Shown here: piece by piece, positions 18,163-27,370 of the stretch
Numbering within the stretch: the stretch's first letter is position 1
Layout: every line of letters begins with the position of its first letter
Origin: Alkanindiges illinoisensis DSM 15370
Lineage (GTDB): Bacteria > Pseudomonadota > Gammaproteobacteria > Pseudomonadales > Moraxellaceae
NCBI RefSeq assembly: GCF_000619845.1
Contig: NZ_KK211037.1
Coordinates: 352,979 to 384,978 of the forward strand
Direction of reading: 5' to 3'
Length of the DNA stretch: 32,000 bases
Position numbers and translations under genes: made by a program
Notes under the pieces: generated by a model
Database searches by the model: none
Told to the model about the DNA's origin: nothing
Seen by the model: only the letters and a program-made list of their open reading frames with translations

Positions 18163-19269
18163 ATGCCGGAATTCATTTTAAATAGCCTGGAAGTGCTGGC
18201 TTTAATCGTGGTGTTTGCAACAGTATGGTCGCTGATTCCCCGTGACGAATGGTGGATTCGCGATCTTGATTTTCCACGCTTGCAAATCCTGTCACTGGGC
18301 CTGACCGATTTTTTAGTATTGCTGGTACTGCCTTCGCCATGGGATGCATGGCGCGCCGGAATCCTGTTATTACTGGCCGCTGCACTGGCCTACCAGATCA
18401 AGATGGTGATTCCTTATACCAGGGTTTGGCCCAAGCAGGTTAAACAGGTCACTATCCCGCACCCGGATCAGCAGATTTGCATGCTGGTATCCAATGTGTT
18501 AACACCCAACCGCAAGCATTATTTGCTGATTGAACAAATCCGTAAGCATCAGCCGGATCTGGTGCTAACGCTGGAAACTGATAAGGTCTGGGAACAGGCG
18601 CTAACCAGCATTGAGCCAGATTATCCGCATGTGGTGCGTATTCCGCTGGATAACCTGTATGGCATGCATCTGTATAGCCGTTTGCCGCTTGAAAAAACAG
18701 AGGTCAAGTTTTTACTGAGCAAGGAAATTCCGTCTATTCATACCACAGTGACCTTGCGCTCTGGCAAAAAGGTTAAGCTGTATTGCCTGCATCCCAAGCC
18801 GCCTAGCCCAACCGAAGCCTATGAATCGACCCTGCGTGATGCCGAGTTGCTGACGGTAGGCCGCCACATTGCGTCAGTAGACCAGACCTGTATTGTGATG
18901 GGTGATTTGAATGATGTGGCCTGGTCACGCACCACACGGTTATTCCAGCGCATTAGTGGATTGCTTGATCCCCGGGTTGGCCGCCAGTTTGTCAATACAT
19001 TTCATGCCAGTTATCCCTTGCTTCGCTGGTCACTGGATCACGTGTTTCACAGTACCGATTTTGCTCTGATTACCATGCAACGGCTGCCCAACATCGGCTC
19101 GGATCACTTTCCGGTCTTAACACGTTTACAATACATGCCATCGGCTCAGGCTGAACAGCAACCCTTGGAAGTTGAGGCCAGTGACCACGAGGAAGCCAGT
19201 GAAAAAATCAAGGAAGGGATAGATAAAGCCGAAAAGGTAGTGACAGATAAAATCGTTATTGGGCAATAA
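18163..19269 (+). CDS. Membrane-anchored endonuclease/exonuclease/phosphatase (EEP) family protein
   Basis: Two or three N-terminal hydrophobic helices are followed by EEP motifs (LVLTLETD, GDLNDVAWS, SLDHVF, GSDHFPV). Confidence 0.75.
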   Translation: MPEFILNSLEVLALIVVFATVWSLIPRDEWWIRDLDFPRLQILSLGLTDFLVLLVLPSPWDAWRAGILLLLAAALAYQIKMVIPYTRVWPKQVKQVTIPHPDQQICMLVSNVLTPNRKHYLLIEQIRKHQPDLVLTLETDKVWEQALTSIEPDYPHVVRIPLDNLYGMHLYSRLPLEKTEVKFLLSKEIPSIHTTVTLRSGKKVKLYCLHPKPPSPTEAYESTLRDAELLTVGRHIASVDQTCIVMGDLNDVAWSRTTRLFQRISGLLDPRVGRQFVNTFHASYPLLRWSLDHVFHSTDFALITMQRLPNIGSDHFPVLTRLQYMPSAQAEQQPLEVEASDHEEASEKIKEGIDKAEKVVTDKIVIGQ

Positions 19270-19289
19270 TGTGTCAATAAGTGACATTC

Positions 19290-19307
19290 TGTAAGCAATT
19301 ACTTACA
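19290..19307 (+). promoter_or_regulatory. GacA-box upstream activating sequence
   Basis: TGTAAG-CAATTA-CTTACA is a perfect match to the published TGTAAGN6CTTACA palindrome found upstream of rsm/csr sRNA genes. A -10-like TATAAGAT lies at 19350-19357. Confidence 0.8.
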
Positions 19308-19363
19308 TTAAGTGCCGAGTTTAGCGTCTATGTTGCCAAGTGGAAAATTTATAAGATAGCTTC

Positions 19364-19553
19364 ATCAGCGCAGGACATGGCACGGAACAGGCCAGCTAAG
19401 GATAGACACTCTGAAAAGGGTAATGCTGAACGGAAAAGACAGTATCACGGATCGGATACGGGACAGGGAAAGCAGGTTACAATAACACACGAGAGCACAG
19501 CCGCAAGCATCAACCCGAGCAGGCAGGACGCCACGCTCGGGTTTGTGTTATTT
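19364..19553 (+). ncRNA. Rsm/CsrB-family CsrA(RsmA)-sequestering small RNA (ends approximate)
   Basis: About ten GGA/GGGA motifs occur in about 160 nt, with GGA at 19373, 19384, 19400, 19432, 19449, 19454, 19461, 19467 and 19526, and AAGGGT at 19416-19421. The terminator is AACCCGAGC (19512-19520) / GCTCGGGTT (19535-19543) plus a U-rich tail, with CAGGAC in its loop. A GacA box is centred about 65 nt upstream of the predicted TSS. Confidence 0.8.
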
Positions 19554-19646
19554 GAAAATAATAAAATTTTTTATAATCAAAATCATGCAATACAATCTAA
19601 AAAATCCAATTTTTAGAATGCGCTAATGTGTCGTAAAGAAAACTGC

Positions 19647-20762
19647 TCACAGGGTTTTAATTACATCCTCATATAAAGCAAGGGTTTGATCGGTCATTTG
19701 GGATAACTGAAAATCCTGTACTGGCGCAGGCGGCATTGGCGTAGCCAGCAACTGGTGAATTTTTTTAAACAATGCTTCGGCATTTTCGGGTTCTACCAGT
19801 CCAGTGGGATAACAGCGATTGAGGATTTCTGCCACCCCGCCACGGTTCCACCCCACTACCGCCGTGCCCAGTGCCAGTGCTTCCAGCGTAGTACGACCAA
19901 ACGTTTCCGGCTGGATGGAAAGCGACAGTACCAGATCACTGGCCGCCAGCCATTCGCGAATATCACTGCGGTGGCCGACAAAGGTCACATGCTCCTGCAA
20001 GTCCATATCCACAACACGCTGATGTAGCTCATCCAGATAGCCCTGTTTTTTTTCATCGGCGCCGCCAACCACCACCCCATGCACATTAAATTCCTGTTTT
20101 AATTCGCTAATCAGGTTGAGCAGGTATTCATGGCCCTTGAGGCGGGTAATGCGGCCGGGCAGGGTAATCAGGGTTTTGTTTTCCAGATGTGGAAAAAGCT
20201 GGTACACCATTTGCCACCAGGCTGCTGAAGGCTGGTAGCCATGTGGAAATTCCTGCAGATTAATGCCGCGATAAATCCGCACAATGCTGGATTTGGGGCA
20301 GTGCGGATAATGCCGATGAATGTAATCCACCACGCTATCAGATACCGCAATCACCCGTTCTGCTTTGGTCATAATGGCGCTATAACCATTGACTGAATAC
20401 ATGCCATGTACAGTGCTAATCAAGTGCGGACGGTGCTTTGCAGGAATACCGCGCAGGGCAAAGTGGGTAATCCATGCGGGCACACGCGAGCGAACATGCA
20501 CAATGTCCGGCTTTTCCTGCAGGATCAATCGGCGTAGTGGTCTGATCTTAAATAAACTGCCTAATGATTTTTTATGAATGGCCAGTTGCAGGTGACGCGT
20601 CCCTTCCTGTTCCAGTTGCGGCACTAGTCGACCACCATTGGACACCACCACCGAGGTATGGCCTTTAGCCACTAGGGCACGGCCAATTTCCAGCGTACCA
20701 CGCTCTACACCACCACTGTTCAGTTCGGGAAGAAGTTGCATGACTTTCATAGGGCGGCTCAT
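19647..20762 (-). CDS. Glycosyltransferase family 4 (group 1), probably LPS/LOS core-related
   Basis: The N-terminal GT-B pattern is MKVMQLLPELNSGGVERG and the C-terminal pattern is E(T)FGRTTLEALALGTAVV. It sits next to lpxL, as I recall for Acinetobacter lpsB. The start could be 20762 or 20750. Confidence 0.75.
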   Translation of the reverse strand: MSRPMKVMQLLPELNSGGVERGTLEIGRALVAKGHTSVVVSNGGRLVPQLEQEGTRHLQLAIHKKSLGSLFKIRPLRRLILQEKPDIVHVRSRVPAWITHFALRGIPAKHRPHLISTVHGMYSVNGYSAIMTKAERVIAVSDSVVDYIHRHYPHCPKSSIVRIYRGINLQEFPHGYQPSAAWWQMVYQLFPHLENKTLITLPGRITRLKGHEYLLNLISELKQEFNVHGVVVGGADEKKQGYLDELHQRVVDMDLQEHVTFVGHRSDIREWLAASDLVLSLSIQPETFGRTTLEALALGTAVVGWNRGGVAEILNRCYPTGLVEPENAEALFKKIHQLLATPMPPAPVQDFQLSQMTDQTLALYEDVIKTL

Positions 20763-20907
20763 GGGCTATGTTTAGGGCTGGATTTAAAATTGAGTGTTTT
20801 GAAATAGTAGTTAGTTTTAGTCACGAGTCAAAATCAGTTTGGTAAATACAGTTTATGCAAGGTTGACCTGTGTAGCTGTATTTACACCAATGACTAAGTG
20901 CATCCGT

Positions 20908-21843
20908 TTAATAAATACGTGAGTAACCTTCGGGTCGGGTTTTAAAGCGACGGTGAAACCACATGTACTGGGTGGGAGCCAGGTTTAATTGCTGTTCCAT
21001 AAGCTGGTTGCTGGTGGTGGCATCAGCCACTTCATCGCTGGTGGGATAGCTTTGCAGGGCTGGCGTAATGTTCAGGTGATAATGCGGTTTACGATCATCG
21101 TTGCGATAAAAATGTAACGACATCACTGCGGCATTGGTCATTTTGATCAGGCGACGCTGTGCAGTCACGGTTGCCGCAGGAACACCATAAAAAGGCGCCA
21201 TTACGCCCTGCTTGAGGCCAAAATCCTGATCCGGTGAATACCATACAATCTTTTTGTCTTTAAGCCGACGCACCAGCAAACGAATATTGTCGTGATCAAT
21301 TTGCTGCTCATAAATGGTATGGCGCGAGCGATAAATCAGCCAGTCCAGCATGGGGTTATTTTGCGGACGGTACATCACATCCGGTGTGAAATAATAGCTG
21401 CACAGCAAGCCACCGGCATCCAGCAGGGTAGAGTGCAGGCCTAGTAGTAAAATGCCACGTTGTTCAGCCTGCGCCTGTTGCAAGTGTTCAAGCCCGCTAA
21501 TACTCACCTTGCCATTAAAGCGCTTGGGGTTATACCATGCGGTCAGGCTTTCAAAAATGCCGATCCCCATGTTTTCAAATACATCTTGGCCCATGCGCTG
21601 GTATTCAGGCTCAGACAGGCCCGGATAACAAACCCGCAGGTTGGTAAGTGTGGTTTTGCGTCTGGATTTTAGGGCTTTCCAGAGCAACTGGCCAATGGCA
21701 CGGCCAAGACTGCGTTGCACCAGCCACGGTGCATAGGCCCAGGGCAACAGCAGGAAAATGCCCAGCCAGATGCCCCAGTATTTTGGGGCAAGAAACGCAG
21801 GTAAGAATTGAGGTTGTGCAGAATGGGGATGTGATGAACTCAT
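20908..21843 (-). CDS. lpxL: Lipid A biosynthesis lauroyl/myristoyl acyltransferase (LpxL/HtrB family)
   Basis: It has an N-terminal membrane anchor, the HX4D acyltransferase motif (GLHSTLLDAGG) and the C-terminal YMWFHRRFKTRP. The ATG at 21843 overlaps the upstream stop as ATGA. Confidence 0.85.
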   Translation of the reverse strand: MSSSHPHSAQPQFLPAFLAPKYWGIWLGIFLLLPWAYAPWLVQRSLGRAIGQLLWKALKSRRKTTLTNLRVCYPGLSEPEYQRMGQDVFENMGIGIFESLTAWYNPKRFNGKVSISGLEHLQQAQAEQRGILLLGLHSTLLDAGGLLCSYYFTPDVMYRPQNNPMLDWLIYRSRHTIYEQQIDHDNIRLLVRRLKDKKIVWYSPDQDFGLKQGVMAPFYGVPAATVTAQRRLIKMTNAAVMSLHFYRNDDRKPHYHLNITPALQSYPTSDEVADATTSNQLMEQQLNLAPTQYMWFHRRFKTRPEGYSRIY

Positions 21844-22556
21844 GAACAATGGGCAGTTTTCTTCCAGTCTGCCAATTGTGCCGGGGTCGCTGTGGCTAAA
21901 TCAATGGATAATGCCAGCTCGGAACCAGACTTTTTAAGCTGGCGACCCGGAATTTGCATATTTTTGGCCAGTTGAGCCAGGGTTTGCTGCATGCTGGCTT
22001 CATCATATTTGGCCTGACTGTGCTGAAGCACATAAGCATAGTCACCGCGCTTATGGATGAGCAGGCCAATAAAACGCTCATTATTCTGGCTTAATACCAG
22101 ATAACCCGAGGCGCCAAGCTGGGAGCGTACGGGTTTAACAGCACCCTGTGCTTGTGTCTGGATTTGTGCATTATAGAGCTGGGTATATAGCTGGCCAATC
22201 TGGCTGCTCAAGCCGGAAATATCCTGTGTGCTGGCACCGGGCAGCTTGGGGTTGTTGTTCAGGTTAATCGCATCAATCCGGTAAAAGCGGCCAATCTGGT
22301 CAGTAATGCTTAAGCTATTGCCTTCGGGCGTGCAGCTATCCTGTAGGGCCAGCTTGCCTGCCAGTACGGCTGAATTGAGGTCCAGATTGTAGGTTTGTGC
22401 CGGGGCGTAATACACCTGATTGGTTTGGACTAGTGGCTTGTTGGGCTGAATTTTTGCCGCATGACCATGCCCAAAATGACTACAGCCACTCATGGCCATA
22501 GACAGGCCAGCCATAACCCATAAGGTTTTGATTGGTGTTTTTTTCATACCCAGCAT
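21840..22556 (-). CDS. Putative lipoprotein, function unknown
   Basis: The signal peptide has a lipobox-like AMSGC (MLGMKKTPIKTLWVMAGLSMAMSGCS). AAGGAGAG lies 7 nt upstream of the ATG at 22556. It sits tightly between uup and lpxL. Confidence 0.65.
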   Translation of the reverse strand: MLGMKKTPIKTLWVMAGLSMAMSGCSHFGHGHAAKIQPNKPLVQTNQVYYAPAQTYNLDLNSAVLAGKLALQDSCTPEGNSLSITDQIGRFYRIDAINLNNNPKLPGASTQDISGLSSQIGQLYTQLYNAQIQTQAQGAVKPVRSQLGASGYLVLSQNNERFIGLLIHKRGDYAYVLQHSQAKYDEASMQQTLAQLAKNMQIPGRQLKKSGSELALSIDLATATPAQLADWKKTAHCS

Positions 22557-22560
22557 TGTC

Positions 22561-24522
22561 TTACTCTCCTTGACTGGCGGCCTCAAGCTCGGTCCAGCGC
22601 TCCAGTTTGTCCATCAGTTCTTGTTCTATCCCGGCCAGCCGTGTAGCGGCCTGGGTTGCTGCCTGTGCATCGGTGGTAAACCAGCTACCATCGGCCAGCT
22701 TTGCAGACAGCTGTTGCTGTTCAGCCTCCAGCGCGGCAATTGCACCCGGCAAGGCTTCCAGTTCCCGTTGATCTTTATAACTCAATTTTACTTTTTTGGA
22801 TACGACAGGCTGATGATCTGCCTTGGCTTTTTGCCCTGAGTTTTGACTCGGCTTTTGCTCGCTTTTTTGTGCTGCTTTCTGATCCTTAAACGAATCGCGG
22901 CTGCTGGCCTGTACATTTTGATATTTGGATTGCTGGGCTTTTTGCGTCAGATAATCCTGATAACCGCCAATATATTCTTCAATGCCACCCTTGCCATCAA
23001 ATACCCAGGTTGAAGTCACCACCTGATCCACAAATGCGCGGTCATGGCTGATTAGCAGCAGGGTGCCCGGATAACTGCCCAGCATTTCTTCTAGCAACTC
23101 CAGCGTTACCATATCAAGGTCATTGGTTGGCTCATCCAGCACCAGCAGATTGGAAGGCTTTAACAGCAGGCGGGCTAACAGCAAACGATTGCGCTCACCG
23201 CCGGATAAGGCCTTAACAGGCGTTCTGGCGCGTTGCGGGGAAAATAAAAAGTCCTGCAAGTAGCTGAGGATATGTCGTCTTGCCCCGTTGAGTTCGATAA
23301 AGTCGCTGCCGGCACTCACGTTTTCCTGCACGGTTTTTTCCAGATCCAGCTGATTACGTAACTGGTCAAAATACGCTACATCCAGCTGTGTACCGACCTG
23401 AACTGTACCACCATGTTCCTGTTCACCCAGCAAGGCGCGGATTAACGTGGTTTTACCCACGCCGTTATCGCCAATCAGGCCAATACGGTCGCCACGCATC
23501 ACCAGTGCAGAGAAGTCATTGACCAGTATATTGTCGCCAAACTGCAGAGATAAATGCTCGATATCAAACACCAGTTTGCCGGATTTTTTGGCATCCTGAA
23601 TGTTGAGCGTCACATTACCCTGCTGGCTGCGACGCGCCTTGAATTCTTCACGCAGGGCTTTCAATTCACGCACACGGCCTTCATTGCGGGTACGACGTGC
23701 CTTGATGCCCTGACGAATCCACACTTCTTCTTCAGCCAGTTTTTTATCAAAATTGGCATTTTGTTTTTCTTCGGCTTCGAGTTGCTGGGCTTTAAGCTCA
23801 AGGTATCTGGCGTAGTTGCCTTCATAACTACGCAGGATACCGCGATCCAGCTCAACAATACGGGTGGCTACATGATCCACAAACGCGCGGTCATGCGAAA
23901 TGAATAGCAGAGTTAGATTGGGCCAGTCGAGCAGAAATTGCTCCAGCCACTCAATACTTTCAACATCCAGATGGTTGGTCGGTTCATCCAGCAGCAGTAC
24001 ATCCGGCTCAGTGAGCAGTGCCCGTGCCAGCAGCACCCGGCGTTTACGGCCACCAGACAGGTCAGATAGGTCTGCATGCCCATCCAGATTCATTTTGGCC
24101 AGAATGGTGTCCACCTGACGTTCCAGCGCCCAGCCATCCAGCGCATCCAGCTTGTGCTGCAATTCACCCATGTGATCACAGGCCTGCATGTCACCGGCTA
24201 CACAGGCATCGCTGGCCGCATGATAATCAATCAGTACCTGTGCCGCTTCACCTGCACCGCCCGCGACAATATCGGCCACACGGCCAGTACTCATGGGCAC
24301 ATCCTGTTCCAGCATGGCAATGCGCAAATTATTTTGTTTGCTGACTTCGCCGCTGTCTGCCATTAAGCTACCATTGATCAGCTTGAGCAGGGTGGATTTA
24401 CCCTCACCATTGCGGCCAATCAGACACACGCGCTCACCGCGCTCAAGGGCAAAGCTTGCGCCATCCAGCAGGGCAGGGCCGCCAAAGGCCAGATGAATGT
24501 CGCGTAAGCTAATAAGTGCCAT
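22561..24522 (-). CDS. uup: ABC-F family ATPase Uup
   Basis: It has two ABC cassettes (GRNGEGKST / LSGGRKRRVLLARAL / LLLDEPTNHLD, then GDNGVGKTT / LSGGERNRLLLARLL / LVLDEPTNDLD) and a C-terminal coiled coil ending ERWTELE. I chose the start at MALISLRD (24522). Confidence 0.88.
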   Translation of the reverse strand: MALISLRDIHLAFGGPALLDGASFALERGERVCLIGRNGEGKSTLLKLINGSLMADSGEVSKQNNLRIAMLEQDVPMSTGRVADIVAGGAGEAAQVLIDYHAASDACVAGDMQACDHMGELQHKLDALDGWALERQVDTILAKMNLDGHADLSDLSGGRKRRVLLARALLTEPDVLLLDEPTNHLDVESIEWLEQFLLDWPNLTLLFISHDRAFVDHVATRIVELDRGILRSYEGNYARYLELKAQQLEAEEKQNANFDKKLAEEEVWIRQGIKARRTRNEGRVRELKALREEFKARRSQQGNVTLNIQDAKKSGKLVFDIEHLSLQFGDNILVNDFSALVMRGDRIGLIGDNGVGKTTLIRALLGEQEHGGTVQVGTQLDVAYFDQLRNQLDLEKTVQENVSAGSDFIELNGARRHILSYLQDFLFSPQRARTPVKALSGGERNRLLLARLLLKPSNLLVLDEPTNDLDMVTLELLEEMLGSYPGTLLLISHDRAFVDQVVTSTWVFDGKGGIEEYIGGYQDYLTQKAQQSKYQNVQASSRDSFKDQKAAQKSEQKPSQNSGQKAKADHQPVVSKKVKLSYKDQRELEALPGAIAALEAEQQQLSAKLADGSWFTTDAQAATQAATRLAGIEQELMDKLERWTELEAASQGE

Positions 24523-24847
24523 AAACAAGGGTTTCCATAGATGAGGAGAGCAAGACCGTGGACAAACAGTTACGCCAGCTGGAAAGCACATTTTCCGCAC
24601 GGATTGAGAATTTGTAAGTTTAAATTGCTAAGATTAAGTATGCTTTTGATTGCAAACGAAATTTTTTAATAATTTAAACCTTACTCACAAAGTATTTTGG
24701 CGTATTTCATTAAAATGCTTTAGCCATGCAGGATATAGAATATTAGCATTTTTCCTTTGAGGAGACATCATCTCTGATAACAAAGCTAAAGCAAAAATTT
24801 AGGCGATTAAATAAATTAAAATAAAGTCTACTACGCTAATTAATAGC

Positions 24848-25822
24848 GTGGCTTGCCATCTTTATCTATACCAAGTCCTAAGGGGGACTAATAATCTGGT
24901 CTTTCCAAATAGCCGGGGACAGGTGGAATGGTATACCGATCTATTACGGCGTCTATGTGAAAAGGAAGGTATTCCTAGTCAGTTCTGGGCGCATCATGGC
25001 AATTTATCCAAGGAATATCGAGAAGATGCTGAAAAAGCTTTAAAAGATAAGTCCCAGAATGCTACAGCAATTTGTACTACTACCCTTGAGCTTGGCATTG
25101 ATATTGGACATGTCAAAAGTATCTGTCAAATTGGTTCTCCACCATCGGTTGCCAGTCTCAGACAGCGCCTTGGCCGTTCGGGAAGGCGTAAGGACGAGCC
25201 TGCTATATTAAGAGGATATTGTATAGAATGTGAGCTAACACCTGATTCAGGTCTCTCAGATCGTATTCGGGAAGGACTGCTACAGATGATAGCTATGATT
25301 CAACTATTGCTTGAAGGCTGGTTTGAACCACCGCGGATTAAGGGTCTACATTATTCAACACTGGTGCAGCAGATACTATCGGTTATTGCCCAGAAAGGCG
25401 GAGCTACAGCCGCTGAGCTATGGCATACATTGATTCATCAAGGGCCTTTTGAGGGGATAGTACGAGAAGACTTTCTTTCATTACTACGGGGAATGGGCGA
25501 AGAGCTGTTACTCATGCAGGAAAGTACAGGGCTTTTATTGCATGGTGAGAAGGGTGAAAATCTCGTTAATCACTATGATTTTTTTGCAGCATTTGTTTCA
25601 ACGGAGGAGTTTAGACTGATTGTTGAGGGAAAAGCACTTGGTTCTCTACCCATTAAGCATATTCTTATCCCTGGGCAATACCTGATTTTTGCAGGAAGGC
25701 GCTGGCGTGTCTTGGATGTTGATGTAGAGAAAAAAGTAATATCGGTGAAAGCTGACAAAGGTAGAGCACCACCTAACACCCGCCTATTTATAGTTCAGGT
25801 GAGGTTGGTAGATCTTTTCTAG
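24848..25822 (+). pseudogene. N-terminally truncated Lhr-like DEAD/DEAH-box helicase remnant (RecA2 lobe, winged helix and beta-barrel only)
   Basis: It carries only the C-terminal helicase motifs (NLVFPNSRGQ; TTTLELGIDIG; LRQRLGRSGRR) followed by a segment like FAGRRWRVLDVDVEKKVISVKADKG. No Walker A or DEAH half exists upstream, only about 250 bp of AT-rich non-coding DNA. The 3' end degenerates after ...GRAPP. Confidence 0.65.
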
Positions 25823-26118
25823 CCCTTGCATTACCAAACGGTTAATCAGCAAGACATCATCGGTGGCATGCGGTAGGTTAATAAGCAGGAACGGATGACA
25901 ATAGGGCTGGACAAAGCGGTTGGTTTTAATGCTAATGCCGACCCTACCACACAGTAGTTTTTGTTTACTTAACTTGGCCAACCATGCGTGAACTGGACGT
26001 ATTGACAGGCTGTTCTAATCATAAATTTTAAGTATTGTGCTTAGGTGAGCGTATTGACCTGCTGGTTGTTGTTTAGGAAACGTGAGGTAGTAATCGGCAT
26101 TTTTTATTTTCAGATTTA

Positions 26119-26442
26119 ATGTTGTGTACTTGTTATTCTCCATTGTTTAAAACATATACACGGTATACTCGTGACTCTCAGGATAAATTAAGAAAAAAGC
26201 AAATGAACAGAGTTTTAATGAATATTATTGATGTGATAAATAATAGTGATGGGACCAAAGATCAAATCTTTATGTATCAAGAGAAAGAAGTGAGAATAAG
26301 TACAAAAGGATTTAAGTCACTGGTCAATACTGAAATAAGTTATTTTAATCTTAAAGAAGAACGCGTTACGCCTTATTTAGAGGGTTTCCGGAAGTTCGCT
26401 ATCGGTAGTACCACACACTACAGTACTAAAAGCCTTCATTAA
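26119..26442 (+). CDS. Hypothetical protein (AT-rich; 79-107 aa depending on start)
   Basis: The ORF is followed 14 nt later by a strong intrinsic terminator. An alternative start is the ATG at 26203 (MNRVLMNII). I recognise no motif. Confidence 0.45.
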   Translation: MLCTCYSPLFKTYTRYTRDSQDKLRKKQMNRVLMNIIDVINNSDGTKDQIFMYQEKEVRISTKGFKSLVNTEISYFNLKEERVTPYLEGFRKFAIGSTTHYSTKSLH

Positions 26443-26455
26443 AAAATAACTTTAT

Positions 26456-26483
26456 AAAAAGCCGCCCAATCAGACGGCTTTTT
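26456..26483 (+). terminator. Intrinsic terminator
   Basis: AAAAAGCCG-CCCAATCAGA-CGGCTTTTT. Confidence 0.75.
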
Positions 26484-26663
26484 ATTGGCTTAATAGTTTC
26501 TCTGGGTATTGGCAGGCCAATAGGAATTTTATCGGGGTAGTACACATGGATCGTGACTACGGAATGTACTTTTTAGTAGGAACATTAGTCTTATTATTAC
26601 TATATTTATTTATATAGCTGACCAATTTTCTTTGGACAATTTACATTACTTTTAAATAAAAGA

Positions 26664-26692
26664 TTGTATAACTGGATTTATAGGCGTATAAA
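26664..26692 (+). promoter_or_regulatory. Candidate sigma70 promoter of the csp gene, implying a 5' UTR of about 195 nt
   Basis: TTGTAT (26664-26669), a 17-nt spacer, then TATAAA (26687-26692). The long AT-rich leader is consistent with cspA-type genes. Confidence 0.4.
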
Positions 26693-26895
26693 TACTAAAC
26701 CGAAAGGTTATTGGTTAAAGTCCATGACTGATTTCAGGTTAAATACTCTATAAAATAATTATAGCTTTATTAAGTCTCTCGTTCCGCAGTTTTATTTATA
26801 ATTCTCCGTTTTCATAAGATTTTAGCTTCATAAATTATTTTTTGAGTGATCTATATGGATTAAATTCATATTAATTTTTCAAATAGGATTATAAA

Positions 26896-27105
26896 ATGTC
26901 TACTACTGCTACCGGCGTTGTTAAATGGTTTAATGAAACTAAAGGTTTTGGATTTATTCAACAAGAATCTGGACCAGATTTATTTGCCCATTATAGTGAA
27001 ATTCAAAGTAATAGTTTTAAGACTCTTCATGAGGGACAGCAAGTACAGTTTACTATTACCGAGGGTCAAAAAGGCCCTCAGGCAAGTAAAATTTACCCTC
27101 TTTAA
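26896..27105 (+). CDS. Cold-shock domain protein (CspA family)
   Basis: It has the RNP1 motif KGFGFI and the RNP2-like FAHYS: [37 protein letters not shown]. 69 aa. Confidence 0.95.
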   Translation: MSTTATGVVKWFNETKGFGFIQQESGPDLFAHYSEIQSNSFKTLHEGQQVQFTITEGQKGPQASKIYPL

Positions 27106-27159
27106 ATCATCTTTTAACTGATAGGTAGGCCAATACGTCTATCTATTCTTTTTAAGTTT

Positions 27160-27191
27160 AAAACCCTTACTTAAATGGTAGGGGTTTTTTA
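27160..27191 (+). terminator. Intrinsic terminator of csp
   Basis: AAAACCCTTAC-TTAAATG-GTAGGGGTTTTTT (one G-U pair). Confidence 0.75.
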
Positions 27192-27370
27192 TAGCTTAAA
27201 TTCAAAACTATATTTTTAGGATATTTAGCGGGCAATATATTAATACTAAAATTGAAGACCTAATCAATGTGTATTATAACAATAGTAAGAAATGCCATCA
27301 GTGCAAGCCTTGTATTAATACTTCTATCCTGTAGCATTAATCAGATAATCCCTCAATCAAGGCAACCCTA

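Noticed and set aside
19281-19616. 111-aa ORF from the six-frame track
   Set aside because: It starts at a GTG with no SD and has a low-complexity basic translation. The interval is better explained by a GacA-box promoter, a GGA-rich sRNA and a terminator.
25784-25981. 65-aa minus-strand ORF, considered as a transposase or integrase fragment
   Set aside because: I cannot match it from memory to any IS or integrase family, and no inverted repeats or DDE motifs are visible. It is mentioned only as unexplained sequence at a rearrangement junction.
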